Assembly (NCBI GenBank): GCA_963707025.1
Contig: CAVPOM010000007.1
Location: forward strand, 128,001-192,000
Direction: 5' to 3'
Origin: an uncultured Verrucomicrobiae bacterium
GTDB lineage: Bacteria; Verrucomicrobiota; Verrucomicrobiia; Limisphaerales; Palsa-1400
Length of the DNA stretch: 64,000 nucleotides
Both the position numbers and the translations under genes were made by a program. Below the pieces are notes generated by a model that was given only the letters and a program-made list of their open reading frames with translations, ran no database searches and had not been told where the DNA came from. This document shows positions 50,224 to 59,250 of this stretch, one piece after another. Each line of letters starts with the position of its first letter. Within the stretch, counting starts at the first letter, position 1.

Positions 50224-52548
50224 ATGCGCGCCGACCAAACTACCGCGGATTCCGGCGGCGAAACGCGCCGCCAATTCCTGAAACAATCTTTCGCCGCCGC
50301 CGTCGCGGGCGCCGGCGCAACCCTGCTGACCGGCTGCGCCGGCGTCTCTGCCGCGGAAGAACCCGCCCGCGCCGCCGGGCCGTGGCATCGCCGCACGCTG
50401 CGCTGGGGACAAACCAACATCACGGAAATTGACCCGGCCCGCTACGACATCCCGTGGTGGCGGCAGTATTGGAAACGGACCCAAACGCAGGGCGTCATCA
50501 TCAACGCGGGCGGAATCGTGGCCTACTATCCCAGCAAGTTCCCGCTGCATCATCAGGCCGCGTTTCTGCGCGGGCGCGATCTCTACGGCGAACTGGCCGC
50601 CGCCGCGCACGCCGATGGGCTGGCGGTTTTGGCCCGGATGGATTCCAGCCGCGCGCACGAGGATTTCTATCGCGCCCATCCCGATTGGTTTGCCCTGGAC
50701 GCCACGGGCAGGCCGTTTCGCACGGGCGAACTTTACACCGCCTGCATCAACAGCCCCTATTACGGGCAATATCTTCCAGACGTGTTGCGCGAAATCATCC
50801 AACGCACCCGGCCCGAGGGCGTCACCGACAACAGTTGGAGCGGGCTGGATCGCAACAGCATCTGCCATTGCGAAAATTGCGCCAAAAATTTTCGCGCGGC
50901 CGCGTCCCAGGACCTGCCGCGGGAAAAAAATTGGAACAGCCCCGCCTATCGGCAATGGATTCAATGGAACTACGCGCGCCGCCTGGAGATTTGGGACCTG
51001 AACAATCAAACCACCCAGGCCGCGGGCGGGCCGGATTGCCTTTGGATCGGGATGAACAGCGGCTCGGTGGCGGGCCAGTGCCGCAATTTTCGCGACGACC
51101 GGGAAATCTTCCGCCGGGCCCAAATCATTATGCTGGACTATCAGGCGCGCAATGACGCCGAAGGATTTCAAGCCAACGGCCAGGCCGGAAAATGGGTCCA
51201 CAGCCTGCTCGGCTGGGACAAATTGATTCCCGAGAGCATGGCCTTGTACCAGGCGGGCAGCCCGGTTTTTCGCGTCGCGAGCAAGCCGGAGCCGGAAGTG
51301 CGGATGTGGATGCTGGACGGCATCGCCGGCGGGTTGCAACCGTGGTGGCACCATGTCGGCGCTTACGAAGAGGACCGCCGCGCCTATCGCACCGTCGAAC
51401 CGCTTCTGCGCTGGCACCAGCAGCACCAAAGCCTTCTGGTCAACCGGCAGCCCATCGCCAGCCTCGCCGTCCTGTGGTCCCGGCAAAACACCGATTTTCA
51501 CGGTCGCGACAATGCTGCCGATTTGGTGGAACTGCCCATGCGCGGCCTGAGCAACGCCTTGTTGCGGGCGCGCCTCCCCTGGCTGCCGCTGCATCTGGAC
51601 GATGTGGAACGGGAGGCCGCGCAGTTTTCAGCGTTGATCCTGCCCAACCTGGCCGCGATGTCCGAAGCGCAGTGCCAGGCCGTCCGCAGTTATGTGCAGC
51701 GGGGCGGCGGCTTGCTCGCCACCGGCGCATCCAGTCTCTGCGATGAATGGGGCGATGCGCGCGGCGATTTCGGCCTGGCTGATTTATTTGGGGCGCATCT
51801 CCTCGCGGGGCGCGGCGGGTTGGAGGAGCCGGCGCGGACGCGCGGCGCGGCGGAAACCTTGCACACCTACTTGCGCCTGATTCCAGAACGGCGCGGCGTG
51901 GTGGACGGCCCCAAATCCGGCGACGAACCGCCCGTCACCACCAACCGCCATCCCGTCCTGCGCGGATTCGACGAGACAGACCTCCTTCCCTTCGGCGGCA
52001 GATTGGAACCGCTCCGCGTCGAAACACAAGCCCAAGTCCTGATGACCTTCGTGCCCGCCTTTCCGGTGTCCCCGCCGGAAACCGCCTGGATGCGCGAGCC
52101 GCGCACCGACATTCCCGGCTTGATTTTGCACACCACCGCCCAGGGCGCTCGCGTGGCCTTCCTCCCCGCCGACCTGGACGCCCGCTTTGGCCGCGACAAC
52201 CTGCCCGATCACGCAACTCTCCTGGCCAATCTGGTTCGCTGGGTTGCCAAGGACGAAATCCCGCTCGCCGTGGAGGGCCGGGGCCTGGTGGACTGCCACC
52301 TCTACCGCCAGGGAAACCGGTTGATTCTCCATCTGGTCAACCTGACCAGCGCCGGGACTTGGCGCGCCCCCATTGACGAGCTGATTCCCATCGGCCCATT
52401 GCGTGTCAAAGTCCAACTCTCTCCCGGCATCCGCCCCGCCAAGCCGCAACTGTTGGTTTCAGGAGAAAGCACGCGCCTGACCGTTCACGAAAACTGGGCC
52501 GCCTTCGAGATTAAATCCATCCTCGATCACGAAGTGGTGGTGATTTAG
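50224..52548 (+). CDS. Tat-exported GHL6-like glycoside hydrolase with beta-galactosidase trimerisation-like domain
   Basis: TRRQFLK Tat motif; NAGGIVAYYPS; RDLYGEL..AAH..GL.V.ARMD; CHCENC; LILPNLAAMS. Confidence 0.75.
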   Translation: MRADQTTADSGGETRRQFLKQSFAAAVAGAGATLLTGCAGVSAAEEPARAAGPWHRRTLRWGQTNITEIDPARYDIPWWRQYWKRTQTQGVIINAGGIVAYYPSKFPLHHQAAFLRGRDLYGELAAAAHADGLAVLARMDSSRAHEDFYRAHPDWFALDATGRPFRTGELYTACINSPYYGQYLPDVLREIIQRTRPEGVTDNSWSGLDRNSICHCENCAKNFRAAASQDLPREKNWNSPAYRQWIQWNYARRLEIWDLNNQTTQAAGGPDCLWIGMNSGSVAGQCRNFRDDREIFRRAQIIMLDYQARNDAEGFQANGQAGKWVHSLLGWDKLIPESMALYQAGSPVFRVASKPEPEVRMWMLDGIAGGLQPWWHHVGAYEEDRRAYRTVEPLLRWHQQHQSLLVNRQPIASLAVLWSRQNTDFHGRDNAADLVELPMRGLSNALLRARLPWLPLHLDDVEREAAQFSALILPNLAAMSEAQCQAVRSYVQRGGGLLATGASSLCDEWGDARGDFGLADLFGAHLLAGRGGLEEPARTRGAAETLHTYLRLIPERRGVVDGPKSGDEPPVTTNRHPVLRGFDETDLLPFGGRLEPLRVETQAQVLMTFVPAFPVSPPETAWMREPRTDIPGLILHTTAQGARVAFLPADLDARFGRDNLPDHATLLANLVRWVAKDEIPLAVEGRGLVDCHLYRQGNRLILHLVNLTSAGTWRAPIDELIPIGPLRVKVQLSPGIRPAKPQLLVSGESTRLTVHENWAAFEIKSILDHEVVVI

Positions 52549-52560
52549 CAAGAACATTCC

Positions 52561-53262
52561 ATGAGAAGCCTGATCATTTTTCTTTCCGGAGCGGCGGTCG
52601 CATTGGTTTGCGTCTGGCTGGCCTCGTGCGGCGCGGACCGCCTGTCCGGCTCGCAGAAACACACTTTCAGCAGCTTCGATCCGCCGAGAGGGCCTGCCGC
52701 CGTGGTGCGATTCGACGCCGGCATGTTGAAGCTGGCCGATGCTGATTTGGAGCAGGTTTTGAATCTCTACCAGGAACTCTCCGCGCGCACCATTATTCGC
52801 GGCACCAACCTCCCGCCGGTGAAAATTTCGCTGCACAACCAAACCCCACTGACGCGTGTCGAGACCCTGCAACTGTTGGACACCGCGCTGGTGCAGAATG
52901 GCATCACCATGGTGCTGGTGGGGGACGCCACTGTAAAAGCAGTTCCGAACCGCGAGGCCGGCTCGGAGACTCCGCCGGCCATTGATGCCCGGGCCGACGA
53001 TTTGCCCGATTCCAGTTCTTACATGACTTGCACCGTTCGATTGAAGCATGCCAATGCGGACCAAGTCGTTCGGATGTTGGCTTTGGCGGCGCGGATGCAA
53101 AACAGCGTCGTTTACGTGCCCAGCGGCAACCTTCTTATCCTGCGCGACTATTCGGCGAACATCCGCCGAATGCTTCACCTGCTCCAGGAGGCGGACCGCC
53201 CACTGCTGCCTTGGGAGGGCAGCCACAGCCCGGCCACAAGTACGGCAGGCAAGCGGCAATGA
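52561..53262 (+). CDS. Secretin (GspD-like) N-terminal domain-only lipoprotein
   Basis: LASC lipobox; ADLEQVLNLYQELSARTII; RLKHANADQV; NLLILRDYSANIRRM; no barrel domain. Confidence 0.65.
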   Translation: MRSLIIFLSGAAVALVCVWLASCGADRLSGSQKHTFSSFDPPRGPAAVVRFDAGMLKLADADLEQVLNLYQELSARTIIRGTNLPPVKISLHNQTPLTRVETLQLLDTALVQNGITMVLVGDATVKAVPNREAGSETPPAIDARADDLPDSSSYMTCTVRLKHANADQVVRMLALAARMQNSVVYVPSGNLLILRDYSANIRRMLHLLQEADRPLLPWEGSHSPATSTAGKRQ

Positions 53263-53594
53263 ACACGGCTGGTGTGATGGCCAGCCGCAATACGCGGGCG
53301 GGTCTCCGTCCTCGCTTTTGACACTTTTTGCGGTCATAAACGACTCCCCTGCCATTGCCTGCCATGCCGCCCGTTCCGCAGGCGCCAGCCCGAGAAACCG
53401 CGCCCCAAACGCCATCCGGCCTGCGACCCCGGAAATCCACCACTGCACCACTCCATTTTTTCTAATCAAGGTGTTTTCGGAACTGAACGCGGACCCGGCC
53501 GGCGTGGCGCCGGGCAGCAACTTCCCGCGCTTTCATTTCCAGCCTTTCCTTTCCACGGAATTTGGCTACGCTATTGCGGAAGACGGCTGTCATT

Positions 53595-53924
53595 ATGAAA
53601 GAAACGATTTCAGAAATTGAAGAGCGGATCAGGAGCGCCGGATCGCTCAAAGCGGAGAGCCGGGCGGAGTTGCTGGATTTGCTGGGGCAGTTGAAGTCGC
53701 AAATCGGCGCGCTTTCCAAAACCAATCAGGAGCAGGCCCAAAGCATCGCGGGGTTCACGGAAGTTTCGGCCCACGAGGCCACGCGCGAGGAAAAAAACCC
53801 CAAATCGCTCAAGCATTCCATTCTGGCCCTGCAATCCTCGGTGCATGAATTGGAACAGTCCCATCCCCAATTGGTGGGGGTGGTGGACCGCATCGCCACC
53901 ATGCTGGCCAGCATGGGGATTTGA
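53595..53924 (+). CDS. DUF4404-family protein
   Basis: ELEQSHPQL..VV.RIA.MLASMGI C-terminus. Confidence 0.75.
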   Translation: MKETISEIEERIRSAGSLKAESRAELLDLLGQLKSQIGALSKTNQEQAQSIAGFTEVSAHEATREEKNPKSLKHSILALQSSVHELEQSHPQLVGVVDRIATMLASMGI

Positions 53925-54017
53925 GTGTCGCTCCGGCAAGGGGTGAAAGGAATTGCATGGTGAATTCCCAGGATGCGATATACGAACGGATGGTTCGTTG
54001 AACAATTGTTTGGCCTT

Positions 54018-54392
54018 ATGACCTCTCTGGCGTTCCATCCGATCCTTGCAGAGATTTCCGACAAGATGCCGGGCATGTTCATCGTCTGGATCGTCGGTTG
54101 TATTCTCGCGGTTGTTGCGGTTGGGTGTTGTCGCGTTTCCAAGTGGCTGTATCTGCTCATGATTCCGGTGGCCAGTTGGCTGGCGTATGCGGGATGGCAC
54201 GACAATGTTGCGGACAGATATTTCCACGATGCGATTGTCACTGAGTTGGGGAAGGGCTGCCTGATTCAGTCGATCAGTGCCAGCTTCGTTCCGTTGGTTG
54301 CGCTGCTCGCTTGTGGCCTCCATGATCTGGCCCGCTGGAGGCCCGAACAGGGAGGTCCAGCCAATGGGAGTCAGCCGTTCCGTTCAGAGTGA
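54018..54392 (+). CDS. Small membrane protein, gene-cassette-like
   Basis: 3 hydrophobic segments, lower GC; GTTTGGC just before the ATG; attC-like remnant at the 3' end. Confidence 0.55.
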   Translation: MTSLAFHPILAEISDKMPGMFIVWIVGCILAVVAVGCCRVSKWLYLLMIPVASWLAYAGWHDNVADRYFHDAIVTELGKGCLIQSISASFVPLVALLACGLHDLARWRPEQGGPANGSQPFRSE

Positions 54393-54422
54393 ATATTAAT
54401 TGTCAGGCAGCCTTCACACGTC

Positions 54423-54710
54423 ATGGGAAAATTCGTAACAACAAACGTTCCGGCATGGAGGATTGTGCTTTGGGGAGTTGTCGCGGCGCTGGCGGTTTGC
54501 GGCCTCAGCTATTATGCATCCGGCCATTTCGACTACCGCATTTTGATTCTTGCGGCGTTCGTTGGTTTGCTGTTCTCCGGCTTCGGATTCTTTCTGCTCT
54601 GGTCAGCTCGGAGCGGTTGGGCAGCAAGTCACATGCGGACTTTGCTGGTCATTTATGTCGTTGGTCAGGCTGTGTTGCTGATTTGGACGATTATTTCTTA
54701 CCAGAAGTGA
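54423..54710 (+). CDS. Small membrane protein
   Basis: 3 hydrophobic segments, lower GC. Confidence 0.55.
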   Translation: MGKFVTTNVPAWRIVLWGVVAALAVCGLSYYASGHFDYRILILAAFVGLLFSGFGFFLLWSARSGWAASHMRTLLVIYVVGQAVLLIWTIISYQK

Positions 54711-54893
54711 TTGGGCCGCAAAACGATTAAACAGTTTGGTTGCGTTCCAAATTCAAGCTTCGTGCGGTTTTTTGGCGCTGCGCCTGCTCACTCGAGCAAC
54801 ACGGATTTGATGAGATGGGCCGCGCGGTAATGCGCTTTCAAGCCATGCCTCAGTCCCGGGGGGGCTGGGAAGGCGCGCCGTGCTGACGCGCCT

Positions 54894-56155
54894 TTACTTG
54901 CGCGGCGCGGGAGGGGCGTTGGTCTTGGCCGGCTTGAAGGCGGAGCGCAGGAACCAGTGGCGCTTGAGACCCTGGATGAAATTGTCGCTGTCCACAATGA
55001 TTTGGGAAACCTCCGCGAGCATGTTGGAGTTGACCTGGACCTGATGGTTCAAATTGCTGGTCAGGTCCGCCAGATTGTCCAGCGAACTGCCCACCCCTTG
55101 AAAGACGGCGGCGAGATTAGTGTTGACATTGGTGATGGCGACGTTGACGTTGGTCAGGGTGCCGTTGGCGTTGAGCAGGGTGGCAGCCAACTGCAGGTTC
55201 AGGTTGGTGGGGATGAGCCAGTCGCCCAGCGACCCGTGCGGATCGCGCAGGTTGGCCGTGATGACCGCCGCGTTGCTGACGACCGGGCGGACGCCGGCGG
55301 CGACGGCGTTGAGGTTGGAGGTCAATTGCACGCTGTTGGAAAGGGTGGCGGCGATCTGGTTGGTCAGCGCCAGGAAGTTCGGCAGCGCCGCCTCGATCTG
55401 GGCCACGATGCCTTCCGCCCGGTCCATCAGCCCGGGCGATTCATCCGGCGACAGGATGTAGATGTTGGTTCCGGCAAACGGTTCGTAGTGATTTCCCTCG
55501 TCATTCCAAACGCCCTGGATGGGTTTATGCCGGGTGGTGGTGTCAATGGTCCAGACCTTGGACAAGCCCAGCCCGGCCAGTTTGTCCACGTTGGTGGACA
55601 GCGCCACCCAGGCCTTGCTTTCCAGGTTGGTCCCTTGAAAACGTCCTGGCCGAGCCTCAATTTCGGCAGATGCGGGGAGGACTTGATCTCTGCCAGCGTC
55701 ATTTCCTGCACGGGAAAATTCATGTAAGTGCTGTACCCGTTGGTTCCCTTGGTGATGTCCAACTCCTTGCCCATCAAGCCGGAGCTGACAAATTTGGCGC
55801 GCGAATTTCCGGTCCAGATGTAATTGTAATTGGTCCCCACCACGACAAAGGAGATCATCACGTTATGATCGGATCCCTTGCCCCGCGGCGGCATGGCGGC
55901 GATCTCCGTGATGTGGCCAATGGGAAAGCCCATCAACCGCACGTCGTCCCCCACCTTCAGGCCCTCCCCCGTGTCCGCGTAGGTCTTGTATTCGGCCTGC
56001 ACTTCAAACCACCCCCTCCGCTGCGCCGTTCGATACAAATAATAGCCCAAAGCCAGAATGATCAGCGCCGTGGCGGCGATGATGAACCAGCCCACGATCT
56101 TCTCCATGGGGTTGAGCCGGGTGCGAAGTTGCGGGGTCAAATCTTGAAGTGGCAT
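54894..56155 (-). CDS. mlaD: MlaD/MCE family protein (frameshift near 55620)
   Basis: TM anchor, GLKVGDDVRLMGFPIGHIT, SGLMG, helical Asn-rich tail ending GLKRHWFLRSAF. Confidence 0.75.
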
Positions 56156-56171
56156 AGTCGTTTCCTTTGGT

Positions 56172-56963
56172 TCAAACGGGGGCGGCTGGCTCCCCCAACA
56201 ATTCCTGCACAATCGGATCGGTCAGGCCGGACAGTTGCGCATGGTGGCCCAGCGAATAAAACCGGCGCTTTTGCAAAATGGCAACGTGGACGGCGCGGCT
56301 TCGCCATGGCCGCAAATCTTCGGCGGCGACCACCAGCGTCATGGGCCGTCCCTCCAGGAAGCCATGTCCCGCGGACAATTGGCCCAGCGCCTCGAGCCAC
56401 CACTGAAGATGCCGGGCATCCAGTCCGCCCAGGGGATTATCCAGCAGCAGGACCTCCGGCTGCAACACCAGGGCGCGCGCCAGGCCCGCCCGTTTTTGCC
56501 AGGCCCGCCCCAACCTGCCCGGGAGGCGGCCGGCCCAGGGCGACAGGCCGGTCGCCTCCAGAATAGTCTTGACGCAGTTCTCCAGGTCGCCGCGGACCAG
56601 GTCCCGGTGATAACGCAAGGGCAGCGCGATATTCTCCTCGATGGTCAATTGGTGGAACAGTTGTCCGCCGTCAAAGACCAGGCCGAGGCGCAATCGTTCG
56701 GAAAGAAATTCGTCGCCGGTCACCGGCATTTCCCGGCCGAACAACCGGTAGCTCCCCCGCAGCGGTGCCGCCAGGCCGGCCGTCATGGCCAGAAAATCCG
56801 TTTTGCCCGTGCCATGCAGGCCGCCCAGCACCCAGTACTCCCCCGCCGCGACCGACCAATTCACATCTTCCAGGATGGGCGTCTCCGGGTCTCCCCGCGA
56901 TCCCACTGACAGGGCGCTCATTTCCAGGGCGGGAGTTTTGGGCAGGAGGCCGGCGTCGTCCAT
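56172..56963 (-). CDS. ABC ATPase, MlaF-like, degenerate motifs
   Basis: GLHGTGKT; LGRAWQKRAGLARAL; LLLDNP. Confidence 0.8.
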   Translation of the reverse strand: MDDAGLLPKTPALEMSALSVGSRGDPETPILEDVNWSVAAGEYWVLGGLHGTGKTDFLAMTAGLAAPLRGSYRLFGREMPVTGDEFLSERLRLGLVFDGGQLFHQLTIEENIALPLRYHRDLVRGDLENCVKTILEATGLSPWAGRLPGRLGRAWQKRAGLARALVLQPEVLLLDNPLGGLDARHLQWWLEALGQLSAGHGFLEGRPMTLVVAAEDLRPWRSRAVHVAILQKRRFYSLGHHAQLSGLTDPIVQELLGEPAAPV

Positions 56964-56965
56964 AA

Positions 56966-57826
56966 TCAGGCGAAGATGTAAATGATGGTGAAGACGGCAT
57001 CCAGCAGCACGCAGGCCACCACGCTTTGCGCCACGGCGCGAATGGCGGCCTGCGGAACCTCCTCCAAGCGCAAAGGCTGCGCCAGCCCGTGGTAACAGGT
57101 AATTAGGGCGATGACGACGCCAAAGAGGCAGGACTTCAACGCCAGGATGACGAAGTCCAGGCCGCTCATGGCGTCGGTCAATTGTTGAATATACTTACCC
57201 GGCGGCAGGGGAATATTGGTGACGAAGACAAAGAAATAGCCGCTGACCAGCGTGCCGATAATGAAATAAATCGTCAGCGCAAACACCGCCAGCGCCATGC
57301 CGATCACCCGCGGCATGACCAGGTAATGAATGGGATCAATGCGCAAGGCTTCCAGCGCCTCGACTTCTCCCTGCGCCCGGGCTGTCCCCAGTTCGATCAC
57401 ATTGCGCGTGCCGGACCAGGCCAGGGCCACCATTGCGGTCAGCAGCGGGCCCAATTCGCGCACCACCACCGCCACCATGATGGGCCCCAGAAAAGAAGTG
57501 GCTCCCAGTTGGCTCAACAGCGTGATGGCCTGCCCGACGACGACCAAGCCCAACGCCGCCGAGATAAACAGAAACATCGGAAGCACCCGCGTCCCGGTGC
57601 GCGCCTGCTCCTTGTGAATGGCCGGAAAGGTGACATCGCGGGCCGCGCCAAATTTGCTCGTGATCACCCCGAAGGTAATGAGGGCAAAGGCCGCCAGCCC
57701 GCGCACCGTGGCCCAGAAGCCAAACAGGGCGCGGCCCATATAAGCCGCGTAGGACCATGACGGCGGCGCGGGCAGCAAAGCGCGCCCGGAAGATGCGGCC
57801 GGCGTGTCCGGATTCCTCTCGTCCAT
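56966..57826 (-). CDS. mlaE: MlaE family ABC permease
   Basis: VVRELGPLLTA, ELGT...QGEVEALEAL.IDPIHYLVMPR. Confidence 0.88.
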   Translation of the reverse strand: MDERNPDTPAASSGRALLPAPPSWSYAAYMGRALFGFWATVRGLAAFALITFGVITSKFGAARDVTFPAIHKEQARTGTRVLPMFLFISAALGLVVVGQAITLLSQLGATSFLGPIMVAVVVRELGPLLTAMVALAWSGTRNVIELGTARAQGEVEALEALRIDPIHYLVMPRVIGMALAVFALTIYFIIGTLVSGYFFVFVTNIPLPPGKYIQQLTDAMSGLDFVILALKSCLFGVVIALITCYHGLAQPLRLEEVPQAAIRAVAQSVVACVLLDAVFTIIYIFA

Positions 57827-58057
57827 CCCGACAGCATAGTTTTGGGAGCGGGCCGGGTCAAAAATTATTTGTCCGCGTACCGGGGCGCTGAGAATGCAAT
57901 TCTAACGATGGATGCGGGGAAAACACGGGTGAGGCAAAATCGTGGCAGGGCAAAATCATTTTCACTATTCGCAATTCCCTCCCCGGCAGGGCGAGACTCC
58001 GTCGAGCCGCGACTGTGCCATTCATTTTGCATTTTGCATTTCCGGGAACCGGTCATG

Positions 58058-58807
58058 TCACTTGCTGATGCCGCGTTCGCTGGCGCGGATAAATTCCACC
58101 AGATGGCGCACTTCCGGCAGCGCCGGCAGTTCCGCCTCGATGCGGGCCAGGGCGTTGGGAATGGTCAGGCCTTCGCGAAACAGGATTTTATAGCTCTGTT
58201 TCAGCGCCGCCTGCGCCTCTGCCGCAACCCCGTTGCGTTCCAGGCCCACTTTGTTGACGGTCCGCGTTTTGGCGGGATTGCCGTCGGCCAGCATGTAAGG
58301 CGGCACGTCCTGCACCACTTTGGAACAGCCGCCGATGATGGACATGGCTCCGATCCGGCAAAACTGATGCACCGCTGCCAGCCCGCCAATCACCGCATAA
58401 TCCTCCACGCGGATATGCCCCGCCAGCGTGGCCACGTTGGACATGATGATGTGATTGCCCAGCGTGACGTTGTGCGCGATGTGGGCATAGGCCAGAATGT
58501 GGTTGTGCGAGCCGACCGTGGTGACTTCCCCGTCTCCCGTGGCGCTGTGGATGGTGACATATTCCCGGAAGGTGTTGTGGTCGCCGATTTGGGTGCGGGT
58601 CAGGCCGCCCTTCCATTTCAAGTCCTGCGTTTGCAGTCCGATGCTGGCGAAGGGAAAAATCTCGTTGCCTTCGCCCAGCACGGTGTGGCCGTCAATCACC
58701 ACGTGCGAATGCAGCCGGCAATTGTTCCCCAGCACAACGTGTTCGCCGATGACACAGTATGGCCCGATGACGCAGCCGGAACCGATTTGGGCTTTGGGGT
58801 GGATCAT
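58058..58807 (-). CDS. lpxA: UDP-N-acetylglucosamine O-acyltransferase
   Basis: Hexapeptide repeats, QDLKWKG, REYVTIH, HIAHN, LAGH, VHQFCRIG, QDVPPY. Confidence 0.95.
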   Translation of the reverse strand: MIHPKAQIGSGCVIGPYCVIGEHVVLGNNCRLHSHVVIDGHTVLGEGNEIFPFASIGLQTQDLKWKGGLTRTQIGDHNTFREYVTIHSATGDGEVTTVGSHNHILAYAHIAHNVTLGNHIIMSNVATLAGHIRVEDYAVIGGLAAVHQFCRIGAMSIIGGCSKVVQDVPPYMLADGNPAKTRTVNKVGLERNGVAAEAQAALKQSYKILFREGLTIPNALARIEAELPALPEVRHLVEFIRASERGISK

Positions 58808-59193
58808 GGCATCGCGGATTGCGGATTGCGGGTTGCGGATTTGTTTCCGCGCCGTGCGGTGGTGATGGATTGGACAACCATGTCGAGGATTTCGCTGGCC
58901 TCGTTGATCAGCAACGACAGTCGTTTGGGTTTGATCGCGCCCGATTCAATCAGTAACTCCATCCAATAAAGAGATTCGTCGCATTCTTCTTCGACGATCC
59001 CCAGTTTGGCAATAAAATCCGCGCGCGACCGCGCGCGGCAAGCCGCCCGATAATTCGCGCCTGCAGACGTTCCGCACCGCAGCAATTGCCGCCCAATCAC
59101 CGAGGCGACCGCCGTTCCGGGCAATTGCCCAACCAATTTAATGATCCGCAGGGCAAATGTTTTCGTGCGCTTTTTAAAATCTTCCGGACTCAT
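58804..59193 (-). CDS. Four-helix-bundle protein (23S rRNA intervening-sequence protein / bAvd-like family)
   Basis: FKKRTK.FALRII, QLLRCGTSAGANYRAACRARSRADFIAKL.IVEEE.DES.YW.ELL. Confidence 0.92.
   Translation of the reverse strand: MSPEDFKKRTKTFALRIIKLVGQLPGTAVASVIGRQLLRCGTSAGANYRAACRARSRADFIAKLGIVEEECDESLYWMELLIESGAIKPKRLSLLINEASEILDMVVQSITTARRGNKSATRNPQSAMP
58814..58841. repeat. 4x heptamer GCGGATT array
   Basis: GCGGATT GCGGATT GCGGGTT GCGGATT. Confidence 0.9.
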
Positions 59194-59215
59194 AACCAGC
59201 GCTTTGATGTTTCTT

Positions 59216-59243
59216 CAATCCGCAATCCGCAATCCGCAATTCC
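59216..59243. repeat. 4x heptamer CAATCCG array, inverted relative to 58814-58841
   Basis: CAATCCG CAATCCG CAATCCG CAATTCC. Confidence 0.9.
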
Positions 59244-59250
59244 CAAACCT

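Noticed and set aside
3767..56155. Single frameshifts in mlaF, the 11429 gene, the MBL nuclease, the beta-helix gene, aroB and the second mlaD as pseudogenes or programmed recoding
   Set aside because: Both halves are intact in each case with no shared slippery motif; sequencing indels are the simpler explanation
58804..59193. Diversity-generating retroelement suggested by the Avd-like protein
   Set aside because: No reverse transcriptase and no template/variable repeat pair seen in the window
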